The notes under the pieces were generated by a model. The model had not been told where the DNA came from, searched no databases, and worked only from the letters and a program-made list of their open reading frames with translations. 64,000 nt of DNA from an uncultured Spirochaetota bacterium (GTDB lineage: Bacteria > Spirochaetota > Spirochaetia > SZUA-6 > CAVTHK01): contig CAVTHK010000010.1 in NCBI GenBank assembly GCA_963734495.1, forward strand, positions 192,001 to 256,000, written 5' to 3'. The position numbers and the translations under genes were made by a program. Each line of letters begins with the position of its first letter. The first letter of the stretch is position 1. Shown piece after piece: positions 9,140-17,804 of the stretch.

Positions 9140-12100
9140 CTACCGCGCGACCCCCTTGGGCGCCGCCGCGGCGCCCGGGGCCTCCTCGGCCACGCGCCTC
9201 GCCTCGCTCGCTTCGCGCGCCTCGACCCGCCTTCGCTCGAACAGGTAGAACGCCGCGGGCACGACAAAGAACGTGAGCACTGCAGAGAACACGATTCCTC
9301 CGAGCATGACGATCCCGAGGCGCTGGCCGAACTCCGCGCCTTCTCCGTGGCCGAAGATCAGCGGGAAGCTGATGACCAGTACCGTCAGAGTCGTCATGAC
9401 GATCGGGCGGAAGCGCAGGCGGGCCGCTTCCTTGAGCGCTTCGGCAAAGGGCATCTTGCCGATGCGCTCCACGACGAAGTCCAGGTACAGGATCGCGTTC
9501 TTCGCCGAGAGCCCGATCAGCATCAGCATGCCCATGACGCCGAAGATGTCGAGCCCGCCGCCCTCGAGAAAGACGAGCCAGAGAGCGCCGACGATCGCGA
9601 GCGGCACCGGCAGCAGCAGGTAGACCGGGTATCGCCAGGAGTTGAACTGCGCCGCCATGACCAGGTACGCCAGGAACAGCGCCAGGAGGAAAGCGGCCGA
9701 TCCCGTGCTCACGAGCTGCGCGGCCAGGGCCGTCTGGCTGAAGCGGCCGCCCGGGCTCAGCGTGACGCCGTTGCCCGTCAGCCCGGCCTTTGCGAGATCC
9801 TCCGAGATCGAGTTCTGAAGCGAAAGCTGGGTCGGGGCGTTTGGGTTCGAGTTCACGGTGAACTCGCCCGAATAGAGGCGGTCATGGCGGCTGATGCTCA
9901 CCGGAGCCTGCGTAAGGACGAAACTGCCCAACTGACCCACCTGCAGGGTCGTCTGCAGCGTCGACGAGTAGATCGGCATGTTCAGCAGCGACTGCCCGCC
10001 GGCGAGGTAGATGGGGTTCACCTGCACCTGGATGGGGTAGCTCAGACCGCCGACGATGACGTTGGAGGCCTGGGTCCCGGCGGCGTAGGTCTGCAGCGAA
10101 TCGGCGACTGTGCCGGGCGAGATGCCGGTTCCCTTGAGCATCGACGTGTCGGGGACGAAATCGTTTTCCAGCGTCGTATCCGAGAGGCTGGAGTTGACGT
10201 CGGAGACGAACGGGTTGTTCTGGATCCGGCTCACCATTGCGGCGTTGCGCGACTGGAGCGTGTTCAGGTCCGCCGCGGTGACGTTCACATCGAGCGACGA
10301 TCCGGCCCCCTGGAAGCCTCCCCCGGCGCTCACCCCGAGCCGGGCCGACGGCTGATCCCGCAGCAGCGTGAGCATGTCCCTCCGATAAACCGGAACCAGT
10401 GCGAAGAGACTCGGCCGCTTGCCGACCGGACCGAGCTGAACGATCAGGTTGGTGAAGCCGCCGACGACGGTCTGCACGGTTTCGACTTCGGGGCGCTGCA
10501 GCAGGTAGGCCTCGATCCTCCCCGCGTCCTCGTTTATGACAGTCGTCGGTGTGCCGGAAGGCAGCCGCAGGAAGACCCGAAGCACACCGGAATCGGTCTG
10601 GGGCACGAAGTTGAAGGGAATCCGCGGCGCGATGAGCACGGCAGACACGGCAAGGAAGACGGCGGAGCCGGCCAGCACCAGCACCCCGTACTTCAGGATC
10701 GAGCCCAGCGAGGCGGTGTACTTGTCCCGCACCCATTCCAGAACCGCTTCGGTCCAGGCATGGAGAGTGGTCGTGATCGCCTCCAGGAACGCGATCAGGA
10801 CCCGCACCGCGTAGAACGCGAGGCCGAGGGCCAGCGGGTACAGCACCAGGCCGGGAAGGAACAGATACCGGCGAGTCACCAGGGCCGCGGCGGCCAGGGC
10901 GACTGCGAGGAATATCCCCCACGCCTTTCGCCAATTCGCGAGCCCCCACCGGACGCTGTCCCCCAGGGTCGCGACGGTCTTGAAGAAGTCGGGCCAGGTG
11001 AGCTCGCGGGACTGCGGAGTGTACGCGAGCCTGACCGTCAGGAACAGCACCGCCTCGAGCAGCGAGAAGGCCACGGCCGCCGCGAGGCCGAGCGAGAACT
11101 GCTGCAGGTAGCGCCCGATGAACCCTCCGATGAAGCTCACGGGCAGCAGCACCGACAGCAGCGACAGGCTGGCGGCGACCACGGCGCTGAAGACCTCGCT
11201 CGCTCCCTTGAGCACCGACTCCTTGAGCCCCATGCCGATGGCCCGGTAGCGTTCGACGTTCTCCGCGACGACGATCGAATCGTCGACGACGATGCCGATC
11301 GCGATGATCATGGCGAGCAGCGAGACCAGGTTGAAGGTGAAGCCGGCGAGCTGGTACAGCACGGGCGCGGCGGACAACGCGATCGGAATGGCGAGGATCA
11401 CGGAGAACGCCGTGTTCACCCTCCCGAGAAACAGCAGCACGATGAGAGCCACGACGGCTCCGGTCAGCAGGAGCTCCCGATAGGTTGCGTTCACGGAAGC
11501 CCGAATCGGCCCCGTCGTGTCGTTGCTGTAAGTGATCGAATACCCGGCGGGGAGCTGGGTGGCGGTCATGAGCTTGCGCACGTTCGACGCCACGGCAACC
11601 GAGTTGGAGTCCGTGGTTCGCTGGATCGAAACCAGGACCACCGGCTTGCTGTTGACACGGGCGTAGGTCGCGGCCGTGGCGGAGTCCCGCACGGTCCCCA
11701 GAAGCCCGACGGTCACTCCTCGCGACGAGTCGACGAGAACCTGGGAGATCTGGCTGAGGCTCGACGGCACGTTCTCGGTGGCGAAGGTCAGGGCGTTCCT
11801 TTTCGTGACGATGGTGCCGATCGGCTGGTTGACGGCCGAGTTCGTGATGGCGGTGACAACCTGCCCCGGGTTCAGGCCGTAGTAGCGCAGCCGCTCCGGA
11901 TTGAGCAGCACCTGGAACTGCCGGGTCGGCGCGCCGTCGGTCTGGATGTTCGCGACGCCGTCGACGCGCTCGAGCACCGGAATCAGCGTGTTCGTGACAT
12001 AGTCGCCCACCTGAGCGAGCGTGGAGCCTTCGCCGGAGATGCCGAACTGAAGGATGGGCTGCGAGTTGGGATCGAACGTCTGCACCGTGGGCGGGTTGAC

Positions 12101-12511
12101 ACCGCTGGGCAGCTTGCGCACGGCGGCGCCCACCAGGGCGGCCACCTGGTTCATGTCGGCATTCTTGTCGGTCCCGGGGTCGAAGCTGATCACGACCCGG
12201 CTGAAGCCTATGGAGCTGGTCGAGTCGATGTCCGTGATGCCGCTGACCGTCGAGACGACATTCTCGATCACCTGGGTGATCTGCTGATCGACAACGCTCG
12301 GGGTGGCGCCGGTGAACACCGTGCTCACGACGACGAACGGAACATTGATCGAGGGAAGAAGGTCGACGCCCAGATTCCCGGCCGAGATCAGGCCAAAGGC
12401 CACGACCGCGAGGAAGATCCCTACCGCGAGGACATAGCGGGTCACGGAGAAACGAACGGCCGGGTTGACCCGCTCGAACACCTTCATCTCGTACTCGCGT
12501 ATCGGCTTCAT
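9140..12511 (-). CDS. RND efflux permease (AcrB/AcrD/AcrF family)
   Basis: GIVVDDSIVVAENVER, KNAIL, RFRPIVMT proton-relay motifs; 1123 aa. Confidence 0.93.
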   Translation of the reverse strand: MKPIREYEMKVFERVNPAVRFSVTRYVLAVGIFLAVVAFGLISAGNLGVDLLPSINVPFVVVSTVFTGATPSVVDQQITQVIENVVSTVSGITDIDSTSSIGFSRVVISFDPGTDKNADMNQVAALVGAAVRKLPSGVNPPTVQTFDPNSQPILQFGISGEGSTLAQVGDYVTNTLIPVLERVDGVANIQTDGAPTRQFQVLLNPERLRYYGLNPGQVVTAITNSAVNQPIGTIVTKRNALTFATENVPSSLSQISQVLVDSSRGVTVGLLGTVRDSATAATYARVNSKPVVLVSIQRTTDSNSVAVASNVRKLMTATQLPAGYSITYSNDTTGPIRASVNATYRELLLTGAVVALIVLLFLGRVNTAFSVILAIPIALSAAPVLYQLAGFTFNLVSLLAMIIAIGIVVDDSIVVAENVERYRAIGMGLKESVLKGASEVFSAVVAASLSLLSVLLPVSFIGGFIGRYLQQFSLGLAAAVAFSLLEAVLFLTVRLAYTPQSRELTWPDFFKTVATLGDSVRWGLANWRKAWGIFLAVALAAAALVTRRYLFLPGLVLYPLALGLAFYAVRVLIAFLEAITTTLHAWTEAVLEWVRDKYTASLGSILKYGVLVLAGSAVFLAVSAVLIAPRIPFNFVPQTDSGVLRVFLRLPSGTPTTVINEDAGRIEAYLLQRPEVETVQTVVGGFTNLIVQLGPVGKRPSLFALVPVYRRDMLTLLRDQPSARLGVSAGGGFQGAGSSLDVNVTAADLNTLQSRNAAMVSRIQNNPFVSDVNSSLSDTTLENDFVPDTSMLKGTGISPGTVADSLQTYAAGTQASNVIVGGLSYPIQVQVNPIYLAGGQSLLNMPIYSSTLQTTLQVGQLGSFVLTQAPVSISRHDRLYSGEFTVNSNPNAPTQLSLQNSISEDLAKAGLTGNGVTLSPGGRFSQTALAAQLVSTGSAAFLLALFLAYLVMAAQFNSWRYPVYLLLPVPLAIVGALWLVFLEGGGLDIFGVMGMLMLIGLSAKNAILYLDFVVERIGKMPFAEALKEAARLRFRPIVMTTLTVLVISFPLIFGHGEGAEFGQRLGIVMLGGIVFSAVLTFFVVPAAFYLFERRRVEAREASEARRVAEEAPGAAAAPKGVAR

Positions 12512-13878
12512 GGCCGACCTCCCTGCCCGGAAGCAGCGCCCGGCGCGGCAGGTCGGGTCCCTCCCGGTGTCCCGCCCCCGCCCGTTGTCCCGCCCGGCGC
12601 CGCGCCGCCGGCTCCGCGCTGCCCGTTGGGCTGGCCCGGCGGCACGGCAGGCTGGCTCCCTACCACGCGAACCGCGGAGCCCTCGAGAAGCCCCGGAGGC
12701 GGGTTGACGATGACCTGGGTGCCCGCCGCGATGCCCGTCACCGCGGCCGTGATCCCTGTCTCGGCGAGGATCGTGATCGGCGCGGCGGTTGCCTTGCCCC
12801 CGACGACGGCAAAGACGAAGTTCTGGTTCTCGTTGGTCTGCAGCGCGGCGACAGGGACGAGAATGCCCTGAGCCAGCGAAAGCTGGTACGAGACCGTGCC
12901 GACGGTGCCAAAGGTCAGGGCGCGGTCGGGAGGCGCGTCAGCCACCATGGGCACCACGCCGTTGATCGGGGCCGATGGAGCCTGGCTGATCCGGACGTTG
13001 TAGCTGCGTGCCTGGTAGGAAAAGGCGACGGTCGTCCCCTTCGGAAGGTTCGGCGCGTCCGGCGGCGGTACGGAGAAGTTGATCTCGCGCTCCGAGCTGA
13101 CAAGCAGGAACGCCGGGGCGTTCTGGCCGACGAACATTCCCGCGGTCACGTTTGCCGCGGCCACCTGTCCCGCAAACGGGGCCTTGATCGACGCGTTCTC
13201 GAGGTTCAGCCGCGCCTGCTGCAGCTGGTTCACCGCGATGTCGACCGCGAGGCGGAGCTGGGCGATGTTCTGGGTCCCGGCCTTGCTGTTCTGGTCGAGC
13301 GCGAACTTCGCCGCCTCGACGTTGGCCTGCGCCTGCTCGAGCTGGCTCTTCGCCGTGTCGACCTGCGAAGCGGTCGCCCCGCCGAGCTTGAGCAACGCCT
13401 GCTGCGAGTCGTAGTTCCTCTGCGCCGCAGCCACCGCCGATTGCGCCGATTGCACCTGCAGCGAGAGCTTCGGGTCCGCTTGACTGGCCGTGTCCTGCCC
13501 GACCGTCAGGTTGATCCGCGCCGTGTCGACCGCCGCCTGCGCGTTCTTGTACGCGAGCTGCAGCTGCGAGTCGTCGAGCAGCACGACAGGCTCCCCGAGC
13601 GCGACCCAGTCGCCGGCCTGGTGAAGCACGCGGGAGACGACCCCGCCGATCTGTGCGGCGACCTGGCTCTGCGTCACGGGAACGATCGCCGCGGCGACGT
13701 CGTGCTGCGCGGTCAGCGTTCCGGCCTCTACGGCCACCGCCTGCACGGCGATGCCCGCGGATCGCGAGCCCTGCCCGCGCCCCTGGCCCGGGGCCGGGTC
13801 GGCAGCCCTGGAGCTGCACGCTCCCAGCGCCAGCACCGCAGCCAGAGCCCCGCCGAACAGCAATCTCCTGTCCGCCAT
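12508..13878 (-). CDS. RND periplasmic adaptor (membrane fusion protein), lipoprotein
   Basis: Lipobox LALGAC, lipoyl halves (GDWV..GEPVV; IKAPFAGQV), alpha-hairpin; 4-nt overlap with the RND gene. Confidence 0.9.
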   Translation of the reverse strand: MADRRLLFGGALAAVLALGACSSRAADPAPGQGRGQGSRSAGIAVQAVAVEAGTLTAQHDVAAAIVPVTQSQVAAQIGGVVSRVLHQAGDWVALGEPVVLLDDSQLQLAYKNAQAAVDTARINLTVGQDTASQADPKLSLQVQSAQSAVAAAQRNYDSQQALLKLGGATASQVDTAKSQLEQAQANVEAAKFALDQNSKAGTQNIAQLRLAVDIAVNQLQQARLNLENASIKAPFAGQVAAANVTAGMFVGQNAPAFLLVSSEREINFSVPPPDAPNLPKGTTVAFSYQARSYNVRISQAPSAPINGVVPMVADAPPDRALTFGTVGTVSYQLSLAQGILVPVAALQTNENQNFVFAVVGGKATAAPITILAETGITAAVTGIAAGTQVIVNPPPGLLEGSAVRVVGSQPAVPPGQPNGQRGAGGAAPGGTTGGGGTPGGTRPAAPGAASGQGGRP

Positions 13879-13895
13879 TCTATTTCTCCTGGTAC

Positions 13896-15284
13896 CTAGT
13901 ACCCCATCACTGTCTGTAATTGCAGCACCGCCAGCTCCAGGTCGCTCTGCGCCTTCGCGGCGGCAGTCCGGCCGTTGGCGGCGTTTACCGATGCGTCGAG
14001 CAGGTCCTGGTTCGTTTTGGTTCCGAACTGGACTTCGGTCTTCGTCACCTCGAACTGCGCTTCGAGGTTCTGAGCCGAGAGCCTCGCGACGGCGAGCCGG
14101 TCGGTCAGGATCTGCATCGACTCGTAAGCGTTCTGGATGTCCGCGGCGATCGTCCTGCGCTCCTGGCTGTCCTGGGCCGCGTAGACCGCCTGCTGCTGCG
14201 CGATCTTCTCTCCCTGGTGCTTCGCGCTGCCGGAGTCGAGCACCGGCATGCCCACCGTGACCGCGGCCGACACGATGCCTCCCGTCGTCGCTGGCGAGCT
14301 CCAGTCGGTGCCCCAGCTCACCCCTCCGATCACGCTGACAGTGGGCGTCTTCAGGCCGCGGACCAGCTTGAGATCGATGTCCGAGGACCTGCGGTTGATC
14401 TCGATCTGTTTGAGCTCCGGGCGCCGGGAGAGGCCGTCGGCGATCGCCGCCTGCAGCGTCACGGCGGGGATCGCCGGCTCGCCGGTCTCCGCGACGGTGT
14501 ATTCGCGGCCTGCCGGCCAGCCCGCCAGATTGGAGAGCCTGATCCTCGCGATCCGCAGATCGTGCTCCCCGCTGCGGACGTCGATGGCCGCGCTCTGCGC
14601 GTTGATCTGCGCGGTGGCGAGGTCCACCGCGCTGGCCTGCTGGAGCTTGCTCATCGCCGTCAGCTGCTCCAGCAGGGCGTTCTGCCGGGTGAGGTTGTCC
14701 TGCAGGACGGCAAGCGCCCTTTGCGCGTTGAGCAGGGTGAAGTAGGCCTGCGTGACGTTGTGGACCACGTTCAGGCGCCCCGACGACGCGTTGAGCTGCG
14801 CCCCTTCCAGGTTGAGCGCGCTCTTCTGCACGGTGGCACGCGTCGGCCCGCCGGGATACCCGTTCCACAGCGTGCTGCTCGCGACCAGCCCGAAGCCCCC
14901 TTCGGCCGGGGTCGTGCTGGTGGACGGAACGTACGGGTACCCGGTCAGGTTGACCGAGGTGAGCGGTGTGGAGACGCCGATCCCGGCCTGAGGACCCGCC
15001 ACAGAGCTCAGCGTGTTTCCGAGCGCCTTGTCCGAAGCCGACACGGGCGTGGAGATGTCATGGCTCGCGCCGTATCCGGCCGACACGCTCAGCGTGGCCG
15101 AGTCCTTTGCCGCATCCACGGCGTACTGCGCGCGCGCAGCCTCGAGCGTCCCTTGCAGGATCCGCATGTCGTCGCCGCCGGCGAGGGCCGCCTGGATCGC
15201 CCCGTCGAGCGTGACCGCGTCGCTCTGTCCCCACGCGAAAAGAGACAGAACCAGCAAACCCGCCGCACACACCATCAATCTCAT
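13896..15284 (-). CDS. TolC-family outer membrane efflux protein
   Basis: Signal peptide, TLDGAIQAAL, V.QAYF, RPELK, G....DLLDA repeats; first gene of the RND operon. Confidence 0.88.
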   Translation of the reverse strand: MRLMVCAAGLLVLSLFAWGQSDAVTLDGAIQAALAGGDDMRILQGTLEAARAQYAVDAAKDSATLSVSAGYGASHDISTPVSASDKALGNTLSSVAGPQAGIGVSTPLTSVNLTGYPYVPSTSTTPAEGGFGLVASSTLWNGYPGGPTRATVQKSALNLEGAQLNASSGRLNVVHNVTQAYFTLLNAQRALAVLQDNLTRQNALLEQLTAMSKLQQASAVDLATAQINAQSAAIDVRSGEHDLRIARIRLSNLAGWPAGREYTVAETGEPAIPAVTLQAAIADGLSRRPELKQIEINRRSSDIDLKLVRGLKTPTVSVIGGVSWGTDWSSPATTGGIVSAAVTVGMPVLDSGSAKHQGEKIAQQQAVYAAQDSQERRTIAADIQNAYESMQILTDRLAVARLSAQNLEAQFEVTKTEVQFGTKTNQDLLDASVNAANGRTAAAKAQSDLELAVLQLQTVMGY

Positions 15285-15342
15285 CGCCGTAATTTACTCA
15301 CGCGCCATCGGGCGTCGGCAACGGTCGAGGGCCTCGTTTTCC

Positions 15343-15357
15343 TTAAGAACTTCTTAA
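15343..15357. promoter_or_regulatory. Perfect palindrome TTAAGAA-C-TTCTTAA, candidate operator for tolC-mfp-rnd
   Basis: AT-rich 7-1-7 inverted repeat in the divergent intergenic region; also contains a CTTAA direct repeat 11 bp apart. Confidence 0.5.
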
Positions 15358-15422
15358 TTACACGCCTGCAACGAACGGCGAGCCTGCCGCGGGCTTTGCG
15401 CCCTGCGACCCCTTGAATATCT

Positions 15423-15451
15423 TTCGGTTGTCGAATGGTTCGACGAGCGAA
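15423..15451. promoter_or_regulatory. Imperfect inverted repeat TTCGGTTGTCGAA-TGG-TTCGACGAGCGAA, candidate MarR operator
   Basis: 11/13 arm complementarity, 20 bp upstream of the marR start. Confidence 0.5.
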
Positions 15452-15470
15452 CGAAGTGAGGTGCACGCCG

Positions 15471-16046
15471 ATGACGACAACCGAAGCCGCGCGCGAGCTG
15501 GACGGGCTCGTCCGCGCCCTGCATCGCAGCCTCATCGCCCGCACCCGGAAGCGGCTCGGAGCGCCGGCGCTCTCGGCGGCTCGCGCGCAGCTCCTCTGGG
15601 TCGTGCACCGCCTGCAGCCCGTCACGATCGGAGCGCTCTCCCGGCACCTCTACCAGAGCAAGAGCACCGTGAGCGCGGCTGCCGACACCATGGTGCGCGC
15701 CGGACTGCTGCGGCGGTCCCGGCCGGCGGACGACCGCCGCGTCGTCATGCTCCGTCTCAGCGGCCGGGGCGAAGAGGCGATCCGCGCGGCCCTCGCCGCG
15801 CGGCAGCGGCTGCTCGCGCAGGCGCTGCGGCAGGCCCGCGGAACGCCCGCCGCTCGCCTGGTGACGATGCTGTCCGAGGTCCTCCGCGCCCTCGAGGCGA
15901 CCGAGGCCCGGGCCGAGGCTCGTGCCGAGGCCGGGACCAACGGCCGCCCACCGGCCGCAAGCAGCGCGCGGAGGGCCCCTCAGGGCGCGCAGACGCGCCC
16001 GACGAGGACGCAGCGCGGGCGCCGGCCCACGGCGCGACGGGTATGA
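15471..16046 (+). CDS. MarR-family transcriptional regulator
   Basis: GAGGTG RBS; wHTH (TIGALSRHL..SKSTVS), DDRRV..LRLS..G; ATGA overlap with the ABC gene. Confidence 0.85.
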   Translation: MTTTEAARELDGLVRALHRSLIARTRKRLGAPALSAARAQLLWVVHRLQPVTIGALSRHLYQSKSTVSAAADTMVRAGLLRRSRPADDRRVVMLRLSGRGEEAIRAALAARQRLLAQALRQARGTPAARLVTMLSEVLRALEATEARAEARAEAGTNGRPPAASSARRAPQGAQTRPTRTQRGRRPTARRV

Positions 16047-17794
16047 CGTCGATCCTGGGGCTCTTCCGCTTTCTGCGGGGCCACGAGAAGGCGCTCGCCC
16101 TCTCCGTGGCTCTGCTCATGGGCTCGGTCCTCGGGGACGTGTTCCAGCCGCGGCTGATCCAGGTAGCGATCGATTCGGGCGTCCAGCAGCGGCAGGTGCA
16201 TGTCCTGTACGCCACTGCCGGCGTCATGCTCCTGCTGGCGGTGGTCAGCGCCGCGGCGAACACCGCCAGCGGCCGCCTGCTGATCGGAGCGGGCCAGCGG
16301 ATGGCCTACGGCCTCCGCCGCAACCTGTACCGCAAAGTGATGTCCCTCTCGTTCGCCGACCTGGATGCCTGGCGAACGGGCGAGCTGATGGTCCGGTTGA
16401 ACTCCGACGTCAACACGATGCGCATGTTCGTCCGCCAGGGGGTCATGACGATCTCCCGTTCGGTGGTGATGATCATCGGCAGCCTCTCCGTCATGTTCCT
16501 CACGGACGCGAGACTGGCCACCGTCATGGCGATCATCATGCCCACGACCGTGCTCGTCTTCTTCTTCATCGCCACCCGGATACGGCCGCTGTTCCTGAGA
16601 GTGCGGGAGAACCTGGACCAGATGAACAACGCCCTCCAGGAGAACCTGGCGGGTGCCAAGCTGGTGCGCGCGTTCAACCGCGAGGATTTCGAGGTGGGCA
16701 GGTTCGACGACAAGAACCGCGGCTATACTCAGGTCGCCCTCCGGGTCGGGTACACCATGGCCATGGTGTTTCCTTTCCTCACCTTCGTCGGCCAGGTGGC
16801 CCTGGTGGCGACGCTGTGGTTCGGCGGCACCGAAGTGATCCGCACGATCACGGAGCACCTCGCGAAAGGGCTCACGCTCGGCCAGCTGGTGGCGTTCAAC
16901 AACTACGCCCTTCTGGCGATGTTCCCCATCTCGACCCTGGGTTTCGTGCTCAACTTCGTGTCGGCGGCTTCGGCATCGGCGCAACGGATCGAGCAGCTGC
17001 TCGCGACGCAACCCGCGGTCCGCGAGAGCCCGGCCGCGCGGCTGCTGCCGCACCTTGCGGGCCGGATCGAGTTCCGCAAGGTCTTCTTGAAGTACGGGGA
17101 CGCCGACAACGCCCTTTCGGAAGTCGACCTGAGGGTGGAGCCAGGGCAGCACGTCGGCATCATCGGCCCTACCGGATCGGGCAAGTCCTCGCTCGCCGCG
17201 CTCATCCCGCGCTTCTACGACCCCCAGGAGGGCGCAGTCCTGCTCGACGGCATCGACGTCCGGGAGCTCGCGCTCGAAACGCTCCGCACGCGCGTGTCCA
17301 TGGTGCTCCAGGAGACCGTTCTGTTCTCGCGGACCATCAGGGAGAACGTCTCCTTTGGCCGGCAGGAAGCGACACAGGCCGAGATCGAGCGGGCGTGCGA
17401 CCTGGCCTGCGCTCGCGAGTTCATCGCCGACGACGACGCCGGGTGGGACCGGCACGTGGGCGAGCGCGGCGCCGGGCTGTCGGGCGGCCAGAGGCAGCGC
17501 ATCGCGATCGCCCGCGCGCTGCTGGCCGAGCCCGACATCCTGATCCTGGACGACGCGACCAGCTCGGTCGACGCCCAGACCGAAAGGCGCCTGATCGCGA
17601 ACATCCGCCAGGCGCGGGCGGGCAGGACGACGATCGTGATCAGCCAGAAGATCGCCGCGGTGAGGGACGCGGATCGAATCTTCGTGCTCGACGGCGGAAG
17701 GATCGCGGCCGCGGGCACGCACGACGAGCTGCGGCGGCAGAACGCGACGTACGCGGCGATACTGGAGAGCCAGTCCGCCCAGCTGCAGGACTGA
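16043..17794 (+). CDS. ABC exporter subunit 1 (TMD+NBD, degenerate site) of a heterodimeric multidrug exporter
   Basis: GPTGSGKS, LSGGQRQR, ILDDATS (D replaces catalytic E), switch ISQK. Confidence 0.92.
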   Translation: MTSILGLFRFLRGHEKALALSVALLMGSVLGDVFQPRLIQVAIDSGVQQRQVHVLYATAGVMLLLAVVSAAANTASGRLLIGAGQRMAYGLRRNLYRKVMSLSFADLDAWRTGELMVRLNSDVNTMRMFVRQGVMTISRSVVMIIGSLSVMFLTDARLATVMAIIMPTTVLVFFFIATRIRPLFLRVRENLDQMNNALQENLAGAKLVRAFNREDFEVGRFDDKNRGYTQVALRVGYTMAMVFPFLTFVGQVALVATLWFGGTEVIRTITEHLAKGLTLGQLVAFNNYALLAMFPISTLGFVLNFVSAASASAQRIEQLLATQPAVRESPAARLLPHLAGRIEFRKVFLKYGDADNALSEVDLRVEPGQHVGIIGPTGSGKSSLAALIPRFYDPQEGAVLLDGIDVRELALETLRTRVSMVLQETVLFSRTIRENVSFGRQEATQAEIERACDLACAREFIADDDAGWDRHVGERGAGLSGGQRQRIAIARALLAEPDILILDDATSSVDAQTERRLIANIRQARAGRTTIVISQKIAAVRDADRIFVLDGGRIAAAGTHDELRRQNATYAAILESQSAQLQD

Positions 17795-17804
17795 GGAGAA
17801 CGCC

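Noticed and set aside
7901-12871. 1656-aa plus-strand ORF and similar long shadow ORFs (27390-29945, 53381-55702, 56663-58879)
   Set aside because: Arg/Gly/Pro-rich antisense or off-frame shadows of well-supported genes, expected at high GC
15413-17794. Apparent MarR-ABC fusion
   Set aside because: MarR is in another frame; the ABC gene starts at 16043 with an ATGA overlap
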